Shown here: positions 1 to 10,059 of the stretch, piece by piece
Numbering within the stretch: the first letter of the stretch is position 1
Layout of the letters: each line of letters opens with the position of its first letter
Source of the DNA: an uncultured bacterium
GTDB taxonomy: Bacteria; Hydrogenedentota; Hydrogenedentia; Hydrogenedentales; JAEUWI01
Assembly (NCBI GenBank): GCA_963977445.1
Contig: CAXBPH010000018.1
Location: 1 to 42,893 of the forward strand
Length of the DNA stretch: 42,893 nucleotides
Direction: 5' to 3'
Translations under genes and position numbers: made by a program
The notes under the pieces: model-generated
The model's database searches: none
What the model saw: the letters and a program-made list of their open reading frames with translations, nothing else
What the model was told of the DNA's origin: nothing

Positions 1-7
1 TGTGGTG

Positions 8-235
8 TTACTCCAGGTAGTTTTCGTCCTCTTGGGTGCCGATATAGTACCCAAGCTTATCGCTCAATACCTCTTCGAGGGCGGTAATGGTCGATTTCTT
101 GCTGTGGGTAACGGTACCGAAACCGTGGGACTCATTTTTGGTGATCTGGTTGGCCCGGCGTGCAGCCACGATGGTAAGACGGTAGAGGCTGTCGATTTTG
201 CCTGCGAATTCGTCTACAGAAAAAGGTGTAGGCAT
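8..235 (-). CDS. rpoZ: RNA polymerase omega subunit
   Basis: 75 aa MPTPFSVDEFAGKIDSLYRLTIVAARRANQI...TITALEEV fits the omega pattern; GGAG RBS before the ATG at 235; follows gmk. Confidence 0.93.
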   Translation of the reverse strand: MPTPFSVDEFAGKIDSLYRLTIVAARRANQITKNESHGFGTVTHSKKSTITALEEVLSDKLGYYIGTQEDENYLE

Positions 236-320
236 TATGGAATCTCCTGTTGTAGGGGAAGTGGTCGTGTGTTGGAACCGGTCCCGGGCGTACTTCTCGC
301 CTTGTGGCACGGGACTGGGG

Positions 321-908
321 CTACTCTGTTTCTCGTACGGCGCGACAGTGTTCAGCACGGATAATGGCTTCGAGGTCGCTGGCCGCCGCCTCTATTTTAT
401 CATTAACGACGATATAATCAAAAGCCTGTCGTTCGGCTATTTCGATGCGGGCATTCTTGAGCCGCAGGGCGATGACATCGTCGTCATCGGTTCCCCGGCT
501 GCGGAGGCGTCGTTCCAGCTCTTCGAGGGAGGGGGGCATGAGAAAAACGCTGACCACATCCTCCCGAATATGGCATAAATTCTTCATTCCCTGGACGTCA
601 AGCTCCAGAATAACGTCCTTGCCCGTGTCGAGACAGCGGTCAAGTTCCTCATTGAGGGTGCCATAGAGATTGCCGTGTACTTCGGCCCACTCGACGAATT
701 CTCCCCGATCACGGCGGGCAATAAAGGCCTCGCGATCGAGGAAATAATAGTCTACGCCGTGCTCTTCACCCGTTCTGGGCTGTCGGGTCGTGGCGGAGAC
801 GGTCGTGACAAACTGATCGGCGCAGCGCAACCGAACCTCGTTGAGGAGGGTGAGTTTGCCCGCCCCCGACGGCGCGGAAATTACGAGGAGTACACCTGGA
901 GCAGACAC
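321..908 (-). CDS. gmk: Guanylate kinase
   Basis: P-loop SAPSGAGK, SATTRQPRTGEEHGVDYYF, EWAEVHGNLYGT, LELDVQG. Confidence 0.97.
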   Translation of the reverse strand: MSAPGVLLVISAPSGAGKLTLLNEVRLRCADQFVTTVSATTRQPRTGEEHGVDYYFLDREAFIARRDRGEFVEWAEVHGNLYGTLNEELDRCLDTGKDVILELDVQGMKNLCHIREDVVSVFLMPPSLEELERRLRSRGTDDDDVIALRLKNARIEIAERQAFDYIVVNDKIEAAASDLEAIIRAEHCRAVRETE

Positions 909-917
909 GTCGTCGCC

Positions 918-1796
918 TTATTCAATGTTTTGCGCTTGTTCGCGCAGTTTTTCCAACTCGGCCTTGAGGCGCAGCACTTCCCGGGTAACGTCCATATCGC
1001 GGAGTTTGGAACCCAGGGTGTTAATTTCCCGTTGCAGTTCCTGGGAAAGGAAATTCAGGTCGCGACCGATAGGTTCGGTCTGCTGCAGCAGGTTCAAGAC
1101 CTGGTCAAAATGGCTGTTCAGACGGACGACTTCTTCGTTTACATCCATCTTGTCGGCCATGAGGGCAATTTCGATGGCAATCCGCTCTTCGCGCATGGCA
1201 CTGTCGGCACACAATTCGGCGACACGTTCGTGGAGTCGCTGCTCATAGGCGGCTGACAATTCGGGGAGGCGTGCTTCCACGATGGAGAGAGCGTCACGCA
1301 TTTCCGCAATCCGCTCGGCCACATCTTTGGCGAGGCTTTCGCCTTCCAGGTCCCGCGCCTGATTGAGTTGGGCAACACATTCGCCCAGCGCGGTGATCAG
1401 CGCGTTTTTGGTGCGCTTCAGGTCCTGCTCGGGCTCTTCCTGGAAGAATACCCCGTCCAGTCGAACCAGGACGTCAAGGGAAAGGGCTTCCGTGCTATTC
1501 ATCATGTGGGCCAGTTTTCGGCTCGCCTCGATGTATTGACGGGCGTTTTCCTCGTCAAACTGGATGACGGGCCGTCCTACCGCGCCGCGGCCCCGTCGGA
1601 GGGATACGGTGATTTTACCGCGGTCCACATTTTGCTTGACCACATTGCGCAGGTCATTTTCCAGGGATGCCCAGACGCCGGGCAGACGAAAGGTGCACTC
1701 GAGAAAGCGGTGATTGACCGTATTTATCTCGATGGTTACGTTTTCGTTATCAATATCGGTGGAAACTCGGCCGAAACCGGTCATACTGCGTGTCAT
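918..1796 (-). CDS. yicC: YicC/YloC family endoribonuclease
   Basis: N-terminal RSMTGFG and EINTVNHRFLE, C-terminal GRDLNFLSQELQREINTLGSK...LEKLREQAQNIE; start taken at the ATG at 1796; yicC-gmk-rpoZ synteny. Confidence 0.95.
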   Translation of the reverse strand: MTRSMTGFGRVSTDIDNENVTIEINTVNHRFLECTFRLPGVWASLENDLRNVVKQNVDRGKITVSLRRGRGAVGRPVIQFDEENARQYIEASRKLAHMMNSTEALSLDVLVRLDGVFFQEEPEQDLKRTKNALITALGECVAQLNQARDLEGESLAKDVAERIAEMRDALSIVEARLPELSAAYEQRLHERVAELCADSAMREERIAIEIALMADKMDVNEEVVRLNSHFDQVLNLLQQTEPIGRDLNFLSQELQREINTLGSKLRDMDVTREVLRLKAELEKLREQAQNIE

Positions 1797-1883
1797 AGAC
1801 CACTCCTGGGCTGATTCGGATGAACGGCGAAGTATACCGCAGGGCACCGTTTACAGGCAAGCTAACCCCAATACAGCCGGGCG

Positions 1884-2879
1884 CTAGGGAACGGGGGAGA
1901 CCTCGATTTGAAAGATAGAGGGCCAATACTTTCCCGTCACGAGGATACGGTCATTGATTTTGTCGTAGGCGATGCCGTTCAGCACATCGGCGCGGCTGCG
2001 TTGGGTGGGGGTCAGTAGCCCGGTCAGGTCGACCCAGCCCACCACGCGGCCGTCTGCCGGATCGATGCGAGCGATGAGGTCGGTCTGCCATACATTGGCC
2101 CAAACCTCGCCCTGAATATACTCCAACTCATTGAGTTGGGACACGGGAACGCCCTCGTCGAGGACCGTGACCTCCCGGGTGACTTCGTAGGAGTCGGGGT
2201 TGAGGAAGCGCAGGCGACTGGTGCCATCGCTCATGATAAGTTCGGCACAGTTGTGGGTGATGCCCCAGCCTTCACTGGCATAGGCGAATTCACCGGTGGC
2301 CTCGAACGTGGTTTTGTCATAGAGAAAGGCCCGGTGGGAACGCCAGGTTAATTGGATGATTGTGTTCTGCCAGACAACGATGCCTTCGCCAAAGAAGGAG
2401 GCCGTCAGGTCAGTCTGCTGCTGAACCGCGCCTGTCGTGAGGTCTACGCGCCGCAACGACGAATGGCCCCAGAGGCCCGTGCCTTCGAAGAGCTGATCAC
2501 CGTCGATCACAAGGCCCTGGGTAAAGGCCGTGGTGTCGTGGGGAAAGGTGTCAATCACGGAATAGGTATAGCGGACGGGCGTCGTACTCTCGCCTTCCCC
2601 TTCTCCTTCGGCTCCGTCGGAAAGGCCGACTTCGGACCCACTGAGGGCACCATCCTGATCGGTGTCCAGTTCATTGAACTGGCTTGATGACATGCCCGAT
2701 ACGACCGCCTGGGCTTCGCTCAGACTGAGCAGGGCATCGGCGTTGGTGTCGGCGGCGGTGAAGGACGATTGCAAGGTGGAGCGCACTTCGCTCAGGGTCG
2801 GCTGGGCGGACTCCGGGGTGGGGCATCCTGTTAAGAGGACGGAAAAGGCCAGGAGGACGGCTCCGAATAATTGCATCAT
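1884..2879 (-). CDS. Lipoprotein glutaminyl-peptide cyclotransferase with N-terminal EF-hand pair
   Basis: Lipobox LLTGC; EF-hand-like loops DTNADALLSLSE and DTDQDGALSGSE; QC motifs FPHDTTAFTQGL, FFGEGI, EGWGIT, LNELEYI, DVLNGIAYD, TGKYWP. Confidence 0.9.
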   Translation of the reverse strand: MMQLFGAVLLAFSVLLTGCPTPESAQPTLSEVRSTLQSSFTAADTNADALLSLSEAQAVVSGMSSSQFNELDTDQDGALSGSEVGLSDGAEGEGEGESTTPVRYTYSVIDTFPHDTTAFTQGLVIDGDQLFEGTGLWGHSSLRRVDLTTGAVQQQTDLTASFFGEGIVVWQNTIIQLTWRSHRAFLYDKTTFEATGEFAYASEGWGITHNCAELIMSDGTSRLRFLNPDSYEVTREVTVLDEGVPVSQLNELEYIQGEVWANVWQTDLIARIDPADGRVVGWVDLTGLLTPTQRSRADVLNGIAYDKINDRILVTGKYWPSIFQIEVSPVP

Positions 2880-2997
2880 TTAACCCTTCAATGGTGGCTA
2901 GCGCTGTACTCTGTCATGACGACCTCGGTATTATACCGTAATTTTTAAAGGAAATACGTGGGTTTAGTCCACTTGATGCCACATGGAGAATTCGATA

Positions 2998-4014
2998 ATG
3001 CGAATACTGGTAATCGGCGGCACAGGCCTCATCAGCACGGCCATCGTAAAACGGTTGATTTCGGAGGGCCATGAAGCCGTTCTTTTCAATCGCGGCGAGT
3101 CTGCGGTCCGATTTGCGGGGGAGGTGGAGATCATTCGGGGGGATCGGGGGGACCACGCTGGTTTTGCTGCGGCCATGGCGGGTCAGACCTTTGACGGTGT
3201 TATCGATATGCTTAGCTTCGACGGGGAAGTGGCCCGTCAGAATGTGGAATTGTTCCAGGGGCGTGTCAGCCACTATCTGTTTTGCAGTACCGTATGCGTC
3301 TATGGGGGACCATTGAGCCAGATCCCGGCGGTGGAATCGGAACCCCGCACGCCGGTGAGCGCCTATGGTCAGGGAAAGCTGGCGGCGGAAGACGTGTTTT
3401 TTGATGCCCATGCCCGCCACGGATTCCCAGTGACCCTGTTTCGTCCTTCCCATTGCTATGGCCCTGGCCAGCCCCTGCTGGATATCTGGGGTTATGACGC
3501 CTCGCTGGTGAGTCGCTTTCGGGCGGGTAAGGCGATTGTGGTGGCGGGCGATGGCCACGGTTTGTGGCAGCCGGGCCACGTTGACGATATGGCCAAGGGA
3601 TTTGTCGGGGCCCTTGGGCGTTCCGTGACCGTTGGTAAGGCCTATAACATTGTGGGTGATGAAGTGATGACCTGGCGAAACTTTCACGAGCGTATGGCAT
3701 CGGCCCTGGGGCTGGAAGCAAAAATTGTGGCCCTGACGACCGAGCAGATTGTGGCAGGTACCCCTGCTGGCAAGGCCGAGTGGCTCAGGGAGAATTTTCA
3801 GTTCCACGCGGCCTACAGCAGCGACGCCCTCAAAGCCGATGTGCCGGCGTACGCCGATCTCATGTCGTGGGAAGCGGGCGTTCGTGATACGGTGGCCTGG
3901 ATGGATGGCGAAGCAGTTCATGAAGCACCCGATGCCAAGCCGTGGGTGGATTACCTGGTGCAGGCCGCTCAGGGTATTAACGTAAGGTTGCAATCGGGGC
4001 AGGCCCAGCAATGA
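2998..4014 (+). CDS. NAD-dependent epimerase/dehydratase (extended/atypical SDR)
   Basis: MRILVIGGTGLIS Rossmann motif, YGQGK (YxxxK), RPSHCYGPG; GGAG RBS; stop overlaps the bioF start. Confidence 0.88.
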   Translation: MRILVIGGTGLISTAIVKRLISEGHEAVLFNRGESAVRFAGEVEIIRGDRGDHAGFAAAMAGQTFDGVIDMLSFDGEVARQNVELFQGRVSHYLFCSTVCVYGGPLSQIPAVESEPRTPVSAYGQGKLAAEDVFFDAHARHGFPVTLFRPSHCYGPGQPLLDIWGYDASLVSRFRAGKAIVVAGDGHGLWQPGHVDDMAKGFVGALGRSVTVGKAYNIVGDEVMTWRNFHERMASALGLEAKIVALTTEQIVAGTPAGKAEWLRENFQFHAAYSSDALKADVPAYADLMSWEAGVRDTVAWMDGEAVHEAPDAKPWVDYLVQAAQGINVRLQSGQAQQ

Positions 4015-5183
4015 CACAGACCATGGATTTATTGATGACAGAACATCCCTATGGGGCGGACGTACAGCGCCTTCAAGACTCATCACGTTGGCGATCTCTT
4101 CAGGCATGGGAAGGGGCCGGTGGTGTCTTTCTCCACGATGGCAAGACCTATCTGAACTTTTCCTCCAATGACTACCTCAATCTGAGCGGGAATTTTGGTC
4201 TCCAGACGGCCGTGACCGATGCCATGCGCGTCTACGGTTGTGGTGCGACGGCGTCTCGCCTCATGTCGGGTAGCCAGGTGATTCACACCCGGTTGGAAGG
4301 TGCCCTTGCGGCGCTTACAGGGCAGGAATGTGCCCTGGTTTTTCCCAGTGGTTACCAGGCGAACGTAGGCGTGCTGACGAGTCTCGCAGGGGTTGGGGAC
4401 ACCATTTTTTCGGATGCCCTGAATCACGCCAGCATCATCGACGGCGCGCGCCTCTCTCGCGCAACGGTTCAGGTATACGGCCACAACGATATGGCCCAAC
4501 TGGAACAATTGCTTGCCCAGGCCCCGGTCGAAGGGCGTCGAATTATCGTGACCGATACGGTTTTCAGTATGGACGGTGACCTCGCTCCCGTCGAAGCCCT
4601 GTCGAATCTCGCGGACGCCTATAATGCGATACTTGTGGTCGATGAGGCCCATGCTATCGGCATCTGGGGTGCGGGGGGCGGACTGTGTCGACACGTGGGT
4701 GTGCTTCCGTCCATCACACTTGGCACTTTGGGGAAAGCCCTGGGAAGTGGGGGAGGTTTTGTCGCCTGTGACCCGACCTATCGTGATTTACTGATCAATC
4801 GTGCCCGCAGTTTCATCTACAGCACGGGTGTTTCGCCGATGAATAGCGCCGCCGCCCTCGCCGCGGTGGAATTGGTGGGATTGCGAAAGACCTTGGGCGA
4901 AACCCTGCTGCAACGGGCGCGGACCTTTCGGGAAATGCTTGCCGCAGAAGGCGTCAACGCAACGCCGGGAGATACGCAGATCATTCCCATTGTTGTCGGC
5001 AGTGACACCCGGGCCATGGCTCTTGCCGAGGTCCTCCAGGGAGCGGGATTGATTGCGACAGGGATTCGACCGCCCACGGTGCCAGAAGGGACGTCCCGCT
5101 TGCGCCTTTCGGTGACATTGGCGCACGATGAAAAAGTGCTGACGCGTGCCGCGGCGATCCTGGGGCGTGTGCTGAAGGCGTAG
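4011..5183 (+). CDS. bioF: 8-amino-7-oxononanoate synthase
   Basis: NFSSNDYL, SGYQANVG, SDALNHASIIDG, FSMDGD, DEAHA, GTLGKALG (PLP Lys), IRPPTVP. Confidence 0.95.
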   Translation: MTQTMDLLMTEHPYGADVQRLQDSSRWRSLQAWEGAGGVFLHDGKTYLNFSSNDYLNLSGNFGLQTAVTDAMRVYGCGATASRLMSGSQVIHTRLEGALAALTGQECALVFPSGYQANVGVLTSLAGVGDTIFSDALNHASIIDGARLSRATVQVYGHNDMAQLEQLLAQAPVEGRRIIVTDTVFSMDGDLAPVEALSNLADAYNAILVVDEAHAIGIWGAGGGLCRHVGVLPSITLGTLGKALGSGGGFVACDPTYRDLLINRARSFIYSTGVSPMNSAAALAAVELVGLRKTLGETLLQRARTFREMLAAEGVNATPGDTQIIPIVVGSDTRAMALAEVLQGAGLIATGIRPPTVPEGTSRLRLSVTLAHDEKVLTRAAAILGRVLKA

Positions 5184-5277
5184 CAGCGTGTCCTTATCTT
5201 GCGTCCCCGTCTTTCGCACACGGCACTGAACATGCGTTATGCTATGGGGTCTAATCGACACGAGGAAAGCAATCCCT

Positions 5278-6015
5278 ATGAATAACGGACTTTTTGTAAC
5301 AGGCACCAGCACCGATGTGGGCAAAACCGTCGTGACGGCGGGTATCTTACGATATCTGCGGGGGCGGGGCCAGGATGTGGTGCCCATGAAACCCGTGCAG
5401 ACCGGGGCCACGAAATCGGGAGAGGGCTGGCTGGCACCGGATCTGGAAACCCATCTCCAGGTGGCGGGATTAGCACCCACACCCGAAGAGCGGGGTTGGA
5501 TGAATCCCTATGCCTATGAGCCTGCCTGTTCCCCCCATCTCGCCGGGCGGATGGCGGAACACTACGTGCGCCTTGAACACTGTGTGGCGTGTGCGGAGGA
5601 GTTGGGGGGGCGTCATCAGGGGGTCCTGATTGAAGGTGCCGGTGGGCTGCTGGTGCCGTTGAACGAAGATGAAACCCAGCTCAGTCTGATTATCCATCTC
5701 GAAGTGCCCGTCTTGATTGTGGCCCACATAGGTCTGGGCACGGTCAATCACTGTCTGTTGACCATAGAAGCCCTCCAGCAGGCGGAGGTCCCCATTGCGG
5801 GCGTTGTATTTAATGCGCCCACGCCTGGCGCTGGCGATGACTTTATCGGGCGGGACAACCCCGAGGCGGTGAAGCAATTCGGCGGTGTCGACGTGCTGGG
5901 CAATGTGCCCTATCTCGGCGATCTGTCGGGCGACCCCGAATCGGCCTGGGGCATTTTTGCAGACAACATGCCGGGCCTGGAAGCGATAGCGTCCTACTTT
6001 TCGCCAAACCCGTAA
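5278..6015 (+). CDS. bioD: Dethiobiotin synthase
   Basis: FVTGTSTDVGKT, MKPVQTG, SPHLA, EGAGGLLVP, LGTVNH; start at ATG 5278 with AGGA RBS. Confidence 0.96.
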   Translation: MNNGLFVTGTSTDVGKTVVTAGILRYLRGRGQDVVPMKPVQTGATKSGEGWLAPDLETHLQVAGLAPTPEERGWMNPYAYEPACSPHLAGRMAEHYVRLEHCVACAEELGGRHQGVLIEGAGGLLVPLNEDETQLSLIIHLEVPVLIVAHIGLGTVNHCLLTIEALQQAEVPIAGVVFNAPTPGAGDDFIGRDNPEAVKQFGGVDVLGNVPYLGDLSGDPESAWGIFADNMPGLEAIASYFSPNP

Positions 6016-6130
6016 ACGAGTCCGGGGGTGATGGCACCCACCGCAGGGGCCCATGGCCCAACACAAAATTTTAAACTATAGTGCGTGCGCACGTTCGGCT
6101 GCATGGCCAACAACGCGTATGGATGCATAG

Positions 6131-7465
6131 ATGACCTTGGAGCAGTACATGAATATCGACGCCTTGCGCGCAGCGGACAACAAACATCTCTGGCACCCCT
6201 ACACCGACCAGGTAACCTTTGAAGCCGAACCCTACACCTGCATAGAGCGGGCTGAGGGCGTTTATCTTCACACCGTTGATGGTCGGAAGCTGTACGATGG
6301 TATTGCTTCCTGGTGGGCGGTCGCCCTGGGCCACAGCCATCCGAAAGTCATTGCAGCACTTCGGGAACAGGCCGGTATCTTACAGCACTGCATCGTGGGC
6401 AATATGTCTCATCCCAAGGTGGTGATGTTGGCCGAGCGACTCGCGGCGCTTGCTCCAGGCGACCTGAACTACAGCTATTTCGCCGCCGACGGCTCCAGTG
6501 CGACCGAAGCCGCATTGAAAATGGCGGTGCAATATTGGTCCTACAGTGGCCGGCCGGAAAAGACCCAATTTGTTGGGCTCGAAGAAGGCTACCACGGAGA
6601 TACCTTGGGTGCGATTGGTGCGGGCTATGTTTCCTGGTTTCACGAGCCCTACGAAGCCCTGGTAAAACCCGCGTTGCGGGGTCCTTCGCCCTTTGCACCC
6701 TGCAACAGTGGTGACCCGGCAGAAGAGGAGGCAGCCGACGCGGCCTTTGCCGCCATGGAAGCCCTGGTGGTGCCCAAAGCAGATACCATTGCCGCAGTAA
6801 TTCTCGAACCACTCTGCCAGGGGGCTGCGGGTATTCGCATCTATCCACCGAGCTATTTGAAGAAGGTGCGCCAGCTTTGCGACGACCACGATATTCTTTT
6901 GATCTGCGACGAAATTGCCGTGGGTTTCGCACGGACCGGTGCCCGATTTGCCTGTGAGTTGGCGGGCATCGTGCCGGATATCTTGTGTCTGGGTAAGGCC
7001 CTCACGGCAGGCTATTTGCCCATGAGTGTGGCGATTGCTTCCGACAAGGTCTTTGACGCCTTTCGTCGTCCGGACGATAAGGCCCGCGTGTTTTTCGACG
7101 GCCACACCTACTGTGGCAATCCCGTAACCTCTGCCGTGGCCCTGGCGGCTCTCGATGTTATGGATGAGCTGGGCTTTCCAGAAAGCTGCGCGCCTCGTTA
7201 TGCCCAGCTTCAGGCGGGGATGGAGGCGATTGGTACGTTGGAGGGTGTGGCCTACCAGAAGTCGCTCGGCCTTATTGGCATGTGTGCCATTTCTGAGGCG
7301 GCCGGTGGTGCCGCGATGGCCCGGGCCATTTGCATTAAGGCCAACGCGCTGGGATTATTCATTCGGCCCTTGGGTGATGTGCTTTATCTCTGGCCGCCAT
7401 TGACGAGCACGGAAGAAGAACTTGGTGCCATGATACGCATTCTCCATGAGAGCATCGCGTCCTAG
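6131..7465 (+). CDS. bioA: Adenosylmethionine-8-amino-7-oxononanoate aminotransferase
   Basis: HLWHPYT, DGIASWW, EAALKMA, YHGDTLGA, DEIAVGFARTG, LGKALTAGYLPMS, GHTYCGNP. Confidence 0.95.
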   Translation: MTLEQYMNIDALRAADNKHLWHPYTDQVTFEAEPYTCIERAEGVYLHTVDGRKLYDGIASWWAVALGHSHPKVIAALREQAGILQHCIVGNMSHPKVVMLAERLAALAPGDLNYSYFAADGSSATEAALKMAVQYWSYSGRPEKTQFVGLEEGYHGDTLGAIGAGYVSWFHEPYEALVKPALRGPSPFAPCNSGDPAEEEAADAAFAAMEALVVPKADTIAAVILEPLCQGAAGIRIYPPSYLKKVRQLCDDHDILLICDEIAVGFARTGARFACELAGIVPDILCLGKALTAGYLPMSVAIASDKVFDAFRRPDDKARVFFDGHTYCGNPVTSAVALAALDVMDELGFPESCAPRYAQLQAGMEAIGTLEGVAYQKSLGLIGMCAISEAAGGAAMARAICIKANALGLFIRPLGDVLYLWPPLTSTEEELGAMIRILHESIAS

Positions 7466-7587
7466 TGTTCGGTCGACTGACGGTGGAGTTGCCACGGCGC
7501 TCCTTTCTTACTTTGGACTGATTGCACTCCATTCTTGTATGCTAGCTTCTTTCCAGGTTTTATCGATTCGGAAGGAAGGCCACCATC

Positions 7588-9966
7588 ATGGACGGATTCA
7601 AAGGACTGAGTGGACTGCGGTTCAGCACGATTTTTCTGGCGGGCTTGTCCCTCTCTATCGGCTGGGGGATCCGGGGCAACTTCGGTCATGAATATGGGGC
7701 CATGATACCGGGTGCCCTGACGGCCATTGTGGTGTGTCTCTTGTCGGGCCGGGAAGATTGGCGCGATCGTGTTGTCTATTTCGGGATGTTCGGTGCCCTT
7801 GGGTGGGCCTTTGGTGGCTCCATGTCCTACATGCAGGTGGTCGCCTATACCCATTCCGGCGACCTGCTGAATCAGCACTTTGGATTTTTCGGTCTGTTCC
7901 TAATCGGCTTTCTCTGGGCTGCAATGGGGGGTGCGGGGACGGCCTTTCCGGCGGTGGTGGGGAAAGAGCAGCTCACGGCTATTTTCAAACCCATCTGCTG
8001 GGTCTTTCTCTGCTGGGTGGTTTTTAACAAGTTTCTCCTGCTGTATTTCGAGACCCTCTTTCCGGGTAATTACGATTCCACGTGGTCTCGTCAGGCTGCC
8101 TATACCTACTGGTTCGACGCAGATTGGATGGAGACGACGGCGGCGTTGATTGCCCTGCTGGCCTTTGAATTGTGGGACAACCGAAAGGGGCACTTTTCTC
8201 AGGTCAGTCGACTTCCCCTTGCAGCATGTCTCCTCATTTACACCGCGTTCGGCCTCTTGTTGCAGTTCTATCTGACCAGCGCTGGTCTTGGCATCGCGCA
8301 GCTTTTCCTGGAGGTGCCTGCGGAGACGGCGGCGAATGTGGCGTCCTATGCTTGGCTCATCGGCGGTGTTGTTGGCGCGGTTACGGGCTTGGGTGCCTAT
8401 TTCTTTCGCATGGAAAGTGCACGGATCTGGCTGCTGCCCGTCAGTATGGTGGTCTTTGCCCTCGTCGGCGGGTTGGCCCATGTGGGACTACAGGTTACGG
8501 GACTGGATCGACCACTCGCGGCGGCACTTATTCAGTACCAGGTTTCACAGGATTATGTGATTACGTCTGCGACCCATCTGCTGACCGAGGCGAGCGACGA
8601 AACCCTGGCCGCGGCCGAGTCCGCAGCTCTGGTGGGCACGGCCGAGACGGGGTTGGTTACAGCGGCAATGTCGGCCTTTGAAGAAATTCCGGAATTGGGA
8701 ACGACGACATCCGCCCAGCGGGCCTGGGCCATCGACCAGGTGTTGTCGGACCAACTGATTAACTGGCCCAACGTCGTGTTGTTTTTTCCGAATGGGATCG
8801 GTTGGTTTGTTGGCGCCCTGCTGGGCCTGGCGATTTACTTTTTTCGCTTTGGTCGCTTTGGGTCGGGTGCCTCCTTGCTCCTGCACATGTGCCTGGGCTG
8901 GCTGGGATGCTTCTTGCTTTTTCCTGTGTTGCTGGGCCATCCGTTTTTTGACGGGGACATCTGGTTTCGGATGACACCACCCCGAGGGGATAACTGGGCG
9001 GGCATCCTCGGTGTGGTTTCGGGAACGGCGATCTGGCTGCTGCGGAATAATTATGTGCCCGTGCTCTATGCCATGTTGGTGAGCGGCATCCTGGGTGGTC
9101 TTGGTTTTTCGGGCGGACAGCTCATCAAACTCATGGGACTACGGCCCGGCAATCGGGAAGTTACGGCAGACCCGTCTGTGGTGGCCGAGTGGGTCCATTG
9201 GAACAGTGCCAACTGGCACAGCATATTGGAGCAGACCTATGGCTTCCTCAATGGCGTTGGCATCGCGGTTGCCATGGGACTCCTGGCGGCTCGGGTCGGG
9301 CGTAACGATGGTGCCCCGACGCAGCGTCGTTGGACCAAGGTATTTGCGGTGGCCTTTGTGCTGTTTGGCGTGACCTATCTGAATATGTTTAAGAATGTGT
9401 TGCAGTGGGTGAAAGATGATGCCCTGCCGGCCGTGATGGCCATGCCCCTCGTGGATGGTGTCGAATGGTCTGCTGCCGTCTGGTTTAACATCGTATTTGG
9501 ATTTGCCGCTCTCGTCGGTATTTTCCTCTTGTCCCGCCACATCCGACAGCCGGTCGCACTCGTGCCCACGACGGCCCTTGGGAAAGGGCAATTGCTCTAT
9601 CTCGCTTTTCTCGCCACCGTGACGGTCATGAACTTTGAACGGGCGCTGGCGGGCTTTGGCGACGGGCGTCTTGTCACCGAGGGGGTGATATTTATCAACG
9701 CCATCGTGGCTACACTGCTCATCGTGACCCTGCCCCGGGAAGGGAAATCGGTTCCTCGAGTAGGGCTGGTCGATTATGGGCCTGCCATCTTCCGCACCGT
9801 GTGGCTCGGTATGGTGGCTCTGCTCGTGGCGACCTTGGGAATGACCTGGGTGACCCGGGGACTCTACGGCGCTCACTATTCCGGATTTGCCGGTGAGCAG
9901 TATCGCTTTGGGGAAAAAGCGACCTGGAAAATAATGCCCACGGAGAAGAGTAAGAAACATAGCTGA
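7588..9966 (+). CDS. Large polytopic membrane protein of unknown function
   Basis: 792 aa with many hydrophobic segments; motif-like stretches GWGIRGNFGHEYGAM, GWAFGGSMSY, PPRGDNWAG, NWHSILEQTYG; GGAGG RBS. Confidence 0.8.
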   Translation: MDGFKGLSGLRFSTIFLAGLSLSIGWGIRGNFGHEYGAMIPGALTAIVVCLLSGREDWRDRVVYFGMFGALGWAFGGSMSYMQVVAYTHSGDLLNQHFGFFGLFLIGFLWAAMGGAGTAFPAVVGKEQLTAIFKPICWVFLCWVVFNKFLLLYFETLFPGNYDSTWSRQAAYTYWFDADWMETTAALIALLAFELWDNRKGHFSQVSRLPLAACLLIYTAFGLLLQFYLTSAGLGIAQLFLEVPAETAANVASYAWLIGGVVGAVTGLGAYFFRMESARIWLLPVSMVVFALVGGLAHVGLQVTGLDRPLAAALIQYQVSQDYVITSATHLLTEASDETLAAAESAALVGTAETGLVTAAMSAFEEIPELGTTTSAQRAWAIDQVLSDQLINWPNVVLFFPNGIGWFVGALLGLAIYFFRFGRFGSGASLLLHMCLGWLGCFLLFPVLLGHPFFDGDIWFRMTPPRGDNWAGILGVVSGTAIWLLRNNYVPVLYAMLVSGILGGLGFSGGQLIKLMGLRPGNREVTADPSVVAEWVHWNSANWHSILEQTYGFLNGVGIAVAMGLLAARVGRNDGAPTQRRWTKVFAVAFVLFGVTYLNMFKNVLQWVKDDALPAVMAMPLVDGVEWSAAVWFNIVFGFAALVGIFLLSRHIRQPVALVPTTALGKGQLLYLAFLATVTVMNFERALAGFGDGRLVTEGVIFINAIVATLLIVTLPREGKSVPRVGLVDYGPAIFRTVWLGMVALLVATLGMTWVTRGLYGAHYSGFAGEQYRFGEKATWKIMPTEKSKKHS

Positions 9967-10059
9967 ATCTGTTCGGGCCAATCGGTGTCAACGAAGGGGC
10001 AACGGAAAGCGCCCAAGGGACTGGCCGGATATTCGAAAGCTGAAGTCCTGACAGGATGA

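Noticed and set aside
2880..2997. BirA operator upstream of the biotin cluster
   Set aside because: Only a short CGGTA-TTA-TACCG palindrome; no TGTAAACC-N14/16-GGTTTACA-like site
6016..6130. Small hairpins and the ACTATAGT palindrome between bioD and bioA
   Set aside because: Stems of 4-5 bp without a U-tract are too weak to call
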